Below are positions 1 to 11,269 of a stretch of DNA of 64,000 nt, in pieces. Position 1 is the stretch's first letter. The number at the start of each line of letters is the position of its first letter. Under the pieces are notes generated by a model, which did no database searches, was not told the DNA's origin, and was given only the letters and a program-made list of their open reading frames with translations. This DNA is from Mobula hypostoma (Eukaryota). The DNA lies in the NCBI RefSeq assembly GCF_963921235.1, contig NC_086118.1, positions 20,710,001 to 20,774,000 on the forward strand, in the 5' to 3' direction. Both the position numbers and the translations under genes were made by a program.

Positions 1-1470
1 GTATATAGGCATCCCAATGAGAGAGTGTGCAATATTTGATCTCCTATTTGGGAATGAGACAAGGCAGGTGACAGAATCAGAGTCAGCTTTATCATCACCG
101 GCATGTGTTGTGAAATTTGTTAACTTAGCAGCAGCTGTTCAATGCAATACATAATATAGAAGAAGAAAAAAAATAAGTAAGTAAATCAATTACCATATAT
201 GTATATTGAATAGATTAAAACTCGTGCATAAACAGAAATAATATATATTTAAAAAGTGAGGTAGTGTTTAAGGGTGCAATGTCCATTTAGGAATCAGGTG
301 GCAGAGGGGAAGAAGCTGTTCCTGAATCACTGAGTGTCTGCCTTCAGGCTTCTGTACCTCCTACCTGATGGTAACAGTGAGAAAAGGGCATGCCCTGCGT
401 GCTGGAGGTCCTTAATAATGGACGCTGCCTTTCTCAGACACCACTCCTTGAAGGTGTCCTGTTTACTTTGTAGGCTAGTACCGAAGATGGAGCTGACTAA
501 AATTACAGAAGTTTGTGTAGGGGTACGCTTTGCACCTATTAATCATCATGCCATTAGTTTCAATGTAATTATTGAAAAGGATCGGTCTGGTCCTCGGGTT
601 GAGATTCTAAGTTGGAGAAGTGCCAGCAGCATTGAGGTCATGGACCCCATACCGATTATAGAGGAGGATGTGTTTGCTGTCTTGAGGCAAATTAAGGTGG
701 ATAAACCCCAAGGATAGACAAGGTGTTTCCTCAGACCCTGTGGGAGGCTAGTGCAGAAATTGCGGGGACCCTAGCATGATACTTAAGTCATCCTTAGCGA
801 CAGGTTAGATACCAGAGTATTTGAGGATAGCTAATGTTGTTCTGCTATTTAAGAAAGACTCTAAGTATGTCTAACCAATCTTATAAAGTTTTTTGAGGAA
901 GTTACCAGGAAAGTTAATGAATACAAAGCAGTGGATATTGTTTACATGGACTTCAGCGAGGCGTTTGACAAGGTCCTGCATGGGAGGTTGGTCAAGAAGG
1001 TTCAGTCGCTTGGCAGTTAAGACGAAGCAGTAAATTGGATTAGACATTGGCTTTGCAGGAGATGCCAGGGAGTGGTAGTAGATGATTGCCTCTCTGACTG
1101 GAGGCTTGTGACTACTGGAATGCCACAAGGATATGTGCCAGGTCTGTTGTTGCTTGTCATCTATATCAATGATCTGAATGATAATATGGTTAAGTGGATC
1201 AGCAGGTTAGCAGATGACACCAAGGACAGTGAGGAAGACTATCAAAGCTTGCAGTGGGATCCGGACCAGCTGCAAAAATGGGCTGAAATATAGCAGATGG
1301 AATTTAATGCAGACAAGCGTGAAGCGTTGCACGTTGGGAGGATTAAACAGGTTAGGTGTTACATAGTGAGTGATAGGGCATTGAGGTGTGTGGTAGAACA
1401 AAAGGTGCTGGGAATACAGATCCATAATTCATTGAAAGTGATGGCACGGGTAGATAGGGTTGCTTTTGGC
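1..1470 (+). mobile_element. Decayed CR1-type LINE ORF2 fragment (interrupted at 77-504)
   Basis: Broken RT motifs (MDFS.AFDKV, GMPQG, YINDL..LADDTK, MEFNADK) with stops and deletions. Confidence 0.8.
77..504 (-). mobile_element. Rex1/Babar LINE 3' fragment inserted in CR1
   Basis: Minus strand encodes the PSGRRYRSLK...FRNSF C-terminus. Flanked by ACAGAA direct repeat (71-76, 505-510). Confidence 0.7.
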
Positions 1471-1656
1471 TGGTTACTTTCAGAGTATAATACCATTCAA
1501 ATCCTTTGTTAACCTTGCAAATAGGTATTGTCATGTTTTTAACTCCAGAAAGTAATTGAAAGAAAAACTGTCCACTTAATTTTTCTTCGAAAGGGACTCA
1601 CGGTGCTCACATATAATGCAGTGGTGTAATGACATACGCCATTCAGGTACTTCTTA

Positions 1657-2060
1657 CAGTACTGAGCAGCAAAAATCTTAGGCACGTGTAAAAAAATTAT
1701 TTGAAGCAAAGATGCTTTCAAAAATAATTAAGTAAAGAAGTTTCTAAGTATCAAAAAATTAACTATAAAGAGCAGTGAACAGCAAAAAGCTAAATCAAAT
1801 CAATATTTGGTGTGACCACCTTTGCCTTTAAAACTGTATCAGTTCTCTTTGATACACTGTCATGCAGTTTTGTATAAAAACTGGTTGGTAGGTTGTTCCA
1901 AGCATCTTGGAGAATTTGCCAGTTTTTCTGCAGACTTTGGTTGTCACACTTGCTTCTGTCTGTCCAGGTAATCCCAGACAGCCTTGATGATGATGAGATC
2001 AAGGTACTATCTGGCAGTTTATAAAAAATCCAGGGTGTCCAGGACTTTTGTACAGTACTG
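1657..2060. mobile_element. Tc1/mariner-derived MITE inside the 3' LTR
   Basis: CAGTACTG terminal inverted repeats, TA on both sides; the empty site (ttcttacatataacc) is present in the other LTR. Confidence 0.85.
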
Positions 2061-2869
2061 TACATATAACCCAAAATGAATCAGGTAAACAAAGAATACT
2101 TAATCAAACAATATATTTGCAATATTACTGAAATATTGAATATATTACACTCCTCCCTGCTTAGCTATAGAATCCAACTCAATATAGAATGCATCTCAAC
2201 CATATACACAGTATACTATATTATAGAAATATTGTCTAAACATCTATAGCATAGTAAATTTTATATTGTCCCATTCGGGCCTAAGGATTTAATTGTTGTG
2301 GAGGATTTCTTACTCTTGTGGGATAATGTGTTGCTCTCCAGTCATCTTATGAGATTTGTGACTATGAAACAATTTCAGTTCTGGGGACGCCTCCATGGTG
2401 GTCCTAGAAGTTGACTCTGGGACTGCAAGAAGTGGTTCTGGCAGGTCTGAGTGTCTTTCCTCTCTAACAATTAACTGCTCTCCTCAGCTGATTGAGTTTC
2501 ATCTGCAGAGGCTAACAGACTCAATCTCCACTGTGTAAGAGAGTGGTCCTCTTCTGTCCTTAATCTTTCCAAGTATCCACTTTTGATCATCCCTGTAGTC
2601 CCTCATCTGGGAGTGAAACTTCAAACCTCCTTGTTAGAGGAGCCCCCAATTCGTCTCAGCTGACTGTCATGAATATTCCTTCTGAGATTGTGTTTGAGGA
2701 GATCCAAGTGTGAATAGAAGGGTCAACCCAGGGATCGCATAGCTGGTGAGTTGTTAGTTGCGGAGCATGCTGCATTGCGATATGTGTACGGTGTACGGTG
2801 TTCCCGATGTGGCTCCTCTGTGTTGGTGAGACGGTCATAAATTGGGGGAGGGCTTCTTTGTGCACCCCT

Positions 2870-3428
2870 GCATCATCTGCCGAAAGCCAAACGTTTTAAT
2901 TCTGATTCTTATTTCTCTTCTGGGGACTTGTCAGTCCATGGTCTCCTCTTGTGCCAAGATGGGGCCACCCTCAGGGTAGAGGAGCAATCTATTCTGTCTG
3001 GGTAGCCTCCAATCTGATGGCATGAATATCTATTTCTTTTTCTGGTAATTTTTTTCCTATCCCACCCCTCATCTTCTATTCCCCAATCTGACCTTTTACC
3101 TTTTCTCACCTGTCTATCACTTCCATCTGGGGCCCCTCCCCCTTCCCTTTCTCCTATCATCCATTCTCTTCTCCTATCAGGTTCCTTCTTCTCCAGCTCT
3201 TGACCTTTTCCACCCACCTGGCTACAACCATCACCTTCCAGCTAGCCTCCTTTCCCTCCCCTATCTTTTTATTCTGATGTCTTCCCCCTTTCTTATCAGT
3301 GCTAAAGAAAAGTCTTGGCCCAATAATTTATTCGTTTCCATAGTTACTGCCTGACCTACTGAGTTCCACCAGCATATTGTATGTGTTGCTTTGGATTTTC
3401 AGCATCTGCAGATTTTCTTGTGTTTACT
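2870..3428 (+). mobile_element. Penelope-like element 3' fragment
   Basis: Degenerate 'LRVEEQ..F.LGSLQ.DGMNI' GIY-YIG C-terminus, pyrimidine-rich tail, decayed hammerhead remnant ~3297-3325. Boundaries approximate. Confidence 0.75.
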
Positions 3429-4823
3429 ATTTTACCCTAGATACGTTTGAGTTTTCCAATACCATCCTTGAAAACTGCTGTGGCATCATCCAGTACTTTT
3501 AAAAATTCAGTTTCATTTGATTCTATTGAGGGTATGCAATTGGTGGATGGATCTCCAATCAAATTGTAGTTCTCTCAACCAATCACTGCCTGACAATGCT
3601 GGCCCTCCTGTTTTTAGCACATATAAGCCCAATGTGGCTTGTTGGATGCTGTATTTCACTGTTATGAATGTCATCCCACAGGAGTTATTTTCTCCAGTGG
3701 ATATCTTAGTTGGATATAATATCTCCAGATCAGTATCTTTGGAACACATGGAAACTCAGTTGTGGAATGACTGAAACAGCTGAACCAGTGTCCAATTTCA
3801 TTTGAATTAATTAACTTTTGCTGTAAGCCATATTACTTGTCTTTTGTCAGTTTTCACCATATAAATCTCAAGGCTATCCAGTCCTGTGTCTCACTTACCG
3901 TTATCAGATTTTAAAAAAATCAACTGCATGCATGCAGTTTAAATCTCTCTCTCTTCCCTGTGCAATGCATACATTTTTGTCTGCCCAACATTCTCTTTGT
4001 GTATGTTTAACTTTATTGAATTTTCTGAAGTTTCACCTTTAAACCTGAATTTCTGTGGTGTAGGTGAGACTCTGCCAGAACAGTAACAGAGTTTGTTCAG
4101 CCAGGCAGATTTCTGTTTAGGAATTGCAATTTTGTTTACCTTAGCTTCTATTCCTGACTGCAACTCACTTGCATCTCTGGCTGCTGTTTCCATTGATACG
4201 GCGATTTCAACTGATCTTATAAATGTGAGCTTCGGTTAGTTACCATTTTTGAATGCTTTCTTGTAAGATTCCACAAACTAAGTGATCTTTCAGTGCATTA
4301 TTAAGCCCATGACTGAATTTAGAATGTTCGGACAATTTCTTCTATTTAGCCTTGTAAGTTGAAATGGACTCCTCTTCATTTTTGTTCCGCTTATGAAACC
4401 CAAAGCATTTTGCAATCAACAATGGTTTTGTTTCTAAATATTCCTACATTACATTAATCATATCAGCAAACTCATTTCGGAGCAATAGACTTATAAGACA
4501 ATTATATGTTTTTTACATTTATTGCACTCAGCAACACTGGTACTCGTTTTTCATCAGATATTACATTTGCTTCAAAATACTGCTCAATTCGTTCAGTATG
4601 CATCATCCAGTTATCTGTTGTGCAATTGAATGCATCTATCTTTCCAATGTAGTCAGTCATTTCTCCTTTAAAATTATCACCTGGTACCTGTGGCCCTACT
4701 TGTTGATTGTAAATTTTGTCCTTTTTTCACCCTTTTCTCTCGAATGTCTCTCTCCCCTTCCAAAGAGAAACATGCTGCACATGTTTTTCATTTGAATATC
4801 TCTCTCCCCATTAGAAGAAAATA

Positions 4824-4953
4824 GAGTGAGCCTTACTCACTCTTCCTTCAGTTAGTCCTGACGAAGGGTCTCGGCCTGAAACGTCGACTGCACCTCTTCC
4901 TAGAGATGCTGCCTGGCCTGCTGCGTTCACCAGCAACTTTTATGTGTGCTGTG
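4824..4953 (+). mobile_element. Short Penelope-derived hammerhead-containing insert
   Basis: 11-bp TSD AGAAGAAAATA (4813-4823, 4954-4964). Near-identical to the inserts at 21.0 and 42.8 kb. Confidence 0.8.
4854..4889 (+). ncRNA. Minimal type-I hammerhead ribozyme motif
   Basis: agtc-CTGACGA-AGGgtctcggCCT-GAAAC-GTC-gact: intact core, stem I, stem II and palindromic ACGT stem III. Confidence 0.8.
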
Positions 4954-5849
4954 AGAAGAAAATAATGCTGTGTTTCAACAGTTAGGCAGTTGTCTCAGGT
5001 TCATTTTAAAACTTCCTCATCACCGCTGTCATGTTTTGTTACTCCAGAAACTAATCGAAAGAAAAACACAGCAGCCAGGATGAACTTGTTTACTTATCCT
5101 TTCTTTTCTTAGTAAGGTGCTCACATATGACATGGTGGCATGATTATGTATATCATTCATGTACTTCTTACATATAACCAATAATGAAATATGTACAAAC
5201 GTTTGTGTAAATGAAAAATGCTTAATCAAGTAATATTTACAATATTACTCAAATATTACTGGAATATTGAATACGCTACAGGTATTATGTATGCCCTGAC
5301 TATTTCCCACGCTACATGTATTCTTATCTGTATATACGATATTATATTATTTGTGTTGCCCAATAGAGTGGAATGAGAAATTATATCCATCTATATGTTC
5401 CGAGGTTTCCATAATCAATTGTTGTGATTTCCATTTGGATGGGAGGCTTGATTAGGTCAGGATAGGCGGAAGGTGGAAGGTGGAAGAGACGGAATTAACA
5501 CTCTGTGTGCTTTTACACCCCATGTTCATAATACATCAAATACCGAAAGCCATTCCATGTGGCCGTGGCCACAGAGACAGCAGGGGTCGTCTCCATCCAC
5601 CCGCTTAAGAAGCGGCGCCTTATGCTCGTTTCACTTCTTCCTTAAACGTTGAGAACCGAATTAATTCAATAGGTTTAAACATCGTTTTAAAGTCTTCTCA
5701 TTATCTTTAGAATATAATATCACAGTTAAATAATTGTGTAGTTTCTGTTTTAGTCAGTTACATTTCGGAAAAAGCATTGTGCAAATCTCCAAGCATTCAG
5801 TAATGATAAAATTTATTTTTTTCTCTCGGAGGGAGGCATTCTCTAATCC

Positions 5850-6400
5850 AGCCCAGGTTTTATCGGCGTTCTCCCTCGCCTACACTTGTCAGCCGGAGCT
5901 CCCTGTCCCACCAGGTTGCGCAGTTTCGAAACGCGCCGCTGCCTTCGTGCTTTCTGTGCCCGTTTTGGCGCGGTAGCAGCTGGGGGTGAGAGTTCACAGT
6001 GACCGGAGGTTGTTGCCAGGCAGCGCGGCTGTGGATGTGCAGGGGCTGCTGACAGTCAAATTCATTCTCAGCCTTTCTACCTGCTGCAGCCCGAAAATGG
6101 CTTTCAGCGATAGTCAGCCCGAAGCGGCAGACGTGGAACAAGATGAAGGCGCCGGTGGTGAGCCGGACGTGATCGCCAAAGCCAACTCCCTGCATGCGTT
6201 CAGCGAGAGCGAGGAGGTCCGAAGCCTGCTGACGGCCCTGCGAACCATAACTGACGATCAGGCCGCCAGCGAGATCCTCAAACAAAAGTTCATTGGTAAA
6301 GCGGGCGAGGGTGGGGCTGCTCTTCTCGCATCGCCATCCCGGGCCTCGGCCGGTGTTTTGGGGCGCCGGGCAGGCAACGCAGATACACAGGGCGGCTAGT
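5850..6400 (+). promoter_or_regulatory. CpG island / promoter and 5' UTR of TBCD
   Basis: Abrupt GC- and CpG-rich block in an otherwise AT-rich, CpG-depleted window; it spans the ATG at 6097. TSS not determinable. Confidence 0.75.
6097..6295 (+). CDS. TBCD: Tubulin-specific chaperone D, coding exon 1 (MAFSDSQPEAADVEQ...SEILKQKFI)
   Basis: ATG in aaaATGG context. Peptide resembles the human TBCD N-terminus (AFSESEEVRSLL ~ AFGESAETRALL). Donor G|gtaaag at 6296, phase 1. Confidence 0.9.
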
Positions 6401-6782
6401 CGTGAATTCCGCTCATTGGTCTTGTACTGATATCCATGGAGAAGTCAATGCACATAACGGATGCTGACTGACACCGGTTCTGTTGACTGATGTTCAGAAT
6501 CTCACCCCTACCCTTCACAATAATGAGCCTATCACAGGATCTCATAGACATAGGAACAGAATTAAGCCATTGGGTCCATAGAGTCTGCTGGTCTATTATC
6601 CCTCTCAACCCCATTCTCCTGCCTTCTCCCTGTAACCTTAGATCTCCTTACTAATTAAGAACCTATCAGCTTGTGTTTTAAATATACTCAATGACCTGTC
6701 CCCCAGGTGTCCCTTCCCCGACAGTCTACAATGGCTTCTTGTTAGAGTCATAGAATTATACAGTACAGAAACAGGCCCAACT

Positions 6783-6885
6783 GTCCTGACAAGAAGGGTC
6801 TTGGCCTGAAACGTCAACTGTACCTCTTCCGAGAGATGCTGCCTGGCCTGCTGCGTTCACCAGCAATTTTGATGTGTGTTGCTTA
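6783..6885 (+). mobile_element. Penelope-derived insert with damaged hammerhead
   Basis: Same family sequence; core reads CTGACAAGA (2-nt insertion) ...GAAACGTC. Confidence 0.7.
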
Positions 6886-8229
6886 TCTCTGTGAACCCAG
6901 TTGTTTATCTAAGCTAATCATTTACGCACATTTGAATCTTTCCTGTCCATGTACTTGTCCAAAAATGACTTTTAAATGTAATTGTACCTGCAGTGAAGGA
7001 AATTGAAATCACCTGTTAATTACTGTCCTATTACTCTATTATCTCTGCAATTTCACTGATTATTTGCTTCTCAAATTCCTGCAGGATATTTGGGGTCTAC
7101 AATACAATCCTATCAAAGAGATATTTCCTCCTTGTTTGTAAGCTCCAACTTGAATAGCCTTGCTGAACAGTATCCCAAGAAAGTTATCCTTCATCAAAAA
7201 TGTACCTCCTCTCTTCTCTTACCTCCACCTATAGAATCTCACCCTGGAATAAAGAGCTGCTCGCCCTGCTCCTCCGTCAGTCAAGTTTCTGATATGGTAT
7301 AATATCCCAGTCTAATTGCCAATCTACGCCTTGAGTTGCTCTGCCTTGCCTGTCACTCCTGTATATTATTGTATCGTTCTTCATTATTCCCTCTCTGGCT
7401 TCTTTCTTGTTCTGGTTAATGAGCTTTATATTAGCCTCAACACCCCCATTTGCATTGCATCCAAATTCCCTGTCAGACTATATTATTTGAGAGTGGAGCG
7501 TAAATCCATCAGGTACACAGACCATCCCAATGATCATTACAAGAATGTGTGTTTACACATATCTCTATTTAAAGTTCTCATCTAGAGTAAGCCAGATTTA
7601 AACTTTTGCATGCCTCTGATAGCCATCTCATTACTATATCCTATATTGAATATTTACATCTATTCTTCCAGACTGGATGCAAGGTGGTTTATCTAAAATC
7701 TGGAAGCATCTACAGTATTATCTTGTTAGTGACCATGGTTGAAACTTAATAAATATACCTGACAAATATGCAGTGCAGTTTCTGTTGGTATAAATATTGA
7801 TGAACACAGCCAGGATTACTTAAACTCCCTGTATATGTTCTAATTATCATGTATTATGAATATCAAATGAGATTTCAAGGTAATTGTTATTTTGGGAGTG
7901 GAAAGACTGCATTTTGGATAATACAGGCTGTCCCAATTTGTGACAGAATTTTATTCCTGGGAACATTTCGTAACTGGAATTATTTGTAAGTTGAATATGG
8001 AAAGAAAGTGTGTGGGGGAGATGATCACAGAAACATCTGTAATAGAAGCGCATCTACCAGCTAGACACTCTGACCTAGTGAGTGAGTCTGCTCAGAGCTC
8101 TGGTCTGCTTGCCCCAGCCACTGATTGTAGTTGAATCAGGTGGAGTTTGGGGGCGGGGAAGAGAAAGCATGTGGAATGGCTGTGTTCTGCCTGACAGAAG
8201 CCTTTTAGTTGCAGGAAAGTCCACTCATA

Positions 8230-8842
8230 CAACCAAGTGAGTCAGTGATGAGGACGGCAAATGTGATGTTAGCATTAATTTCAAGAGGACTAGAATATAA
8301 AAGCAAGGGTATAATGTTGAGGCTTTATAAAGCACAGGACAGACCTCAGGGAGTATTGTGGGCAGTTTCGGGCTGTTATCTAAGAAAGGATGTGCTGACA
8401 TTGGAGAGGGTTCAAAGGAGGTTCACAAAAATGATTCTAGGATTGAAAGGCTTGTCATGTGAAGAGTGTTTGATAGCTCTGGGCCTGTATTCATTGGAAT
8501 GCAGAAGAATGAGGGGTGTCCTAATTGAAACCTATCAAATGTTGAAAGGCCTTGATCGAGTGGATGTGGAGAAGATGCTTCCTATGGTGGGGGAGTCTAG
8601 GACCAGGGGACATAGCCTCAGGATAGAGGGACGTCCATTTAGAATGGAGATGAGAAATTTCTTTAGCCAGAGAGTGGTGAAGCCACAGGCAGCTGTGGAG
8701 GCAAGTCACTGAGTAAGTTTAAGGCAGAGATTAGTCAAGGCATGAAGGGATATGGGGAGAAGGCAAGAGGTTGGGGCTGAGAAGGAAAATGCAGACTCGA
8801 TGAGCCAACTGGCCTAATTGTGCTCCGATGTCTTATGGTCTA
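8230..8842 (+). mobile_element. CR1 LINE 3' fragment
   Basis: ORF 8209-8712 has LERVQRRFTKMI..., RTRGHSLRI, RNFFSQRVV, followed by a CR1 3' tail. Confidence 0.85.
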
Positions 8843-9199
8843 ATTTTCCAACTACTTGTAGAGTACCTCTAAACAGGTGAGATTGTAACCTGGGGTGAAC
8901 CTGTTTTCAGATGATGCAGAAGAGCGTGATGGGTTAGTGATTTTCAATATTAATGTTGAATAGGAAGAGAACCCCTGTTCTGAAAGCGAGCTGGCCTAAC
9001 AAGAACAATTTTTGGCAAAAGAGATCATTAGCTTGCTCTCTGTTTTAGACGCCAGTTGATTTATGTCTGATACTTAGTTTGAGGTTCCTGTTTACCATTT
9101 TAATATGACTCAGCATTTATGTTGAATTAATGAAAGGCTATTCAGATCAAAATGTTCTCCTTAGAACTTATAAACACGCGATTCTGCAGATGCAGATTC

Positions 9200-9596
9200 C
9201 CTGGAATGCAGGGGGAATGAGGTGGGATTTGATAAGAGGCATATAAAATTATGAGGGGTATAGATCAGTAAATGTGAACAGGCTTCTTCCACTGAGGTTG
9301 AGTAAGACTACAACTCGAGGACATGGGTTAAGAGTGTAAGGTAAAATTTTTAAGGGGAACATGAGGGAGAACTTCATTCTGAGGGTGCTGAGAGTGTGGA
9401 ATGAGCTGCCAGCAGAAGTGGTGGATGTGGGTTCAATTTCAACATTTAAGGAGAAGGTGGATTGATACATGGATGGAGGGTATGGAGGGCTAAGGTCTGG
9501 GTGCAGGTCAATGGGACTAGATAGAATACTAGCTTGGCATAGACTAAATGAGCCGAAGCGTCTGTTTATGTCCTGTATTATTTTATGACTCTGACT
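9200..9596 (+). mobile_element. CR1 LINE 3' fragment
   Basis: Degenerate RGDLI..YKIMRG, TRGHGL and WNELP motifs plus 3' tail. Confidence 0.7.
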
Positions 9597-9614
9597 ACGC
9601 TGGAAATTTTTACA

Positions 9615-10710
9615 AACAGATGCAAAGTGCAGGAGAAACTCAGCAAGTCAGACAGCATTTCTGGAGGGGAATAAATAGGTGACATTTTGGGCAAAGAATC
9701 TTAATCAAGACTGGAAAGGAAGAAGGAAGAAGCCAGAATAAGAAGGTGGAGGTAGGGGAAGTGGGGGGGGGGGTACCACGGTAGTGTAGGCAGTTAGCGT
9801 AACGCTATTACGGCTTGAGGCGTCAGAGTTCAGAGTTCAATCTGAAGCTGTCTGTAACAAGACTGTATGTCCTTCGCATGAGCATGTGGGTTTCCTCTGG
9901 GGGCTTTGGTTTACTCCCAAGTTCTATGTACTAGCTAATTGGTCATTGTGAATTGTCCTGTGATTGGGCTAAGGTTGATTAGGTGGGTTGCAAAAGGGTC
10001 TGTTTTTCAATGTAACTCTAAATTAATAAAAATGAACTTGCAAGCTGGCAGTTGATAGATGAAACCAGGTTAGGGGAAAGGTGTATGGGTGGGAGAGAAG
10101 GAATGAAGTAAGAAGACAGTGAGGAGAAGGAATGAGAGGGAAACCAGGATGGGGAATTGAAAAAGATTGAAGTGGGAAGGGGGAATAACTACCTGAAGTT
10201 GGAGGGGGATGTGAAGGGTAGGTTTTTTACTCAGTGTGTGGTGGATGCCGGGGTTTGCGCTGCCTGGTATGGCGGTAGAGGCAAATACATTGGAGGCGTT
10301 TAAGGGACGTTTGGATAGGCACATGGAGGAAGATAGAGGGATATGTAGGTAGATATGTGGCTTTTTAGCTGGTTCAGCACAACATTTTGGGCCAAATGGC
10401 CTGTCCTGTGCTCTGCTATTCTATGTTCTAAATCAATGTTCATGCCATTAGGTTGGAGTCTTCCCAGATGCACCTCAAACCTGAGTTTGGTCTCGTCATG
10501 GCAGTAGAGGGGGTTGTGAACTGACATATTGGAATGAGAATGGGAAATCAAATTGAAATGGGTGGCCACTGGGAAGTTTGCCTTTAGTACTAGATAAAGT
10601 GAAGGTGCTCGACAAAGTGGTCTCCCAGTCTATGCTGGGTCTCACTCATGTCGAGGAGGCCACGCCGGGAGTACCAGGTACAATAGACGACCCTGACAGA
10701 CTCGCAGATG
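9615..10710 (-). mobile_element. Penelope-like 3' fragment (interrupted by a SINE and a CR1 tail)
   Basis: Minus strand encodes MATHFN..SHSHSNMSVH..LGRLQPNGMNID (GIY-YIG C-terminus), with the Penelope tail at the left end. Confidence 0.75.
9771..10032 (+). mobile_element. tRNA-derived V-SINE (HE1-like)
   Basis: A/B-box-like head (ggtagtgtag..gttagc; gagttcaat), V-domain-like core tgggtttcctctgggggctttggtttactccca, A-rich tail. Confidence 0.65.
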
Positions 10711-10719
10711 TAATGTCAG

Positions 10720-11065
10720 GGATGACCCCCTTTCTTTTCATCTGGTGCCTCTTCTCCATCCTTTTCTTCCAAGATCTACTGTTCTCTCCTATCAGATTCA
10801 TTCTCCAGCTCCTCACCTTTTCTATCACCTCCCAGCTTCTTACTTCAAACCCCTTCCCCAGCCATCCACCTTCCCGTTAACCTGGTTTCACTTATCATCT
10901 ATCTGCCAGCTTGTATTCTTTCCCCTCTTTCCACCTTACTCTGGCTTCTTCCCCTTTCCTGTCCCGATGAATGGTCATGCCCTAAAATGTCAACTGTTAT
11001 TCCCATTTGTAGATGTTGCGGAATTTGCTGAGTTCTTCTAGCACTTTGTGTCTGTTGCCCTGGAA
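10720..11065 (+). mobile_element. Penelope-like 3' tail, inverted relative to the adjacent copy
   Basis: Similar to 3120-3410; decayed hammerhead (gtcCCGATGAatggtcatgccctAAAATGTC) at ~10961-10995. Confidence 0.65.
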
Positions 11066-11269
11066 TATAAGCTCTATTTAAGCCTAGTCTCCCACATCTA
11101 ATGTTATTGGCAAAACCCTCATTACTTGTTCTCTCATAATTAAAAGTTGACCTTTATGTTGTCCACTTTGGCTAATGTATGTGGTGTATTTTCCACATTC
11201 TCAGTCTTCATAATATCTAGCTTAGTTCAAACCTTTCACTATTGGCCTCAGGTTTTGTTGTTTGCCACA

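Larger units (their letters stand above)
1529..5280 (-). mobile_element. Internally deleted Gypsy (Mag-like) LTR retrotransposon
   Basis: Similar LTRs 1529-2149 and 5027-5280 with TG..CA ends. 5-bp TSD GGTAT (1524-1528, 5281-5285). PPT (agggaggag on minus) at ~2150-2158 and PBS-like sequence at ~5010-5026. Decayed gag zinc-knuckle region ~4000-4090 and protease LDTGSAVSVI ~3770-3800. No RT seen. Confidence 0.85.

Noticed and set aside
5986..6399. 137-aa ORF as a single-exon gene
   Set aside because: Only 6097-6295 matches TBCD; the rest is UTR or intron read-through in a GC-rich island. The antisense ORF 5860-6285 is likewise a GC artefact.
7921..8906. Tigger-like MITE around the CR1 fragment
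   Set aside because: The ends are only loosely inverted and there is no clean TA TSD, so it could not be supported.
9771..9850. tRNA gene
   Set aside because: A/B-box-like head without a cloverleaf, continuing into a SINE body; the same holds at ~33830-33900.
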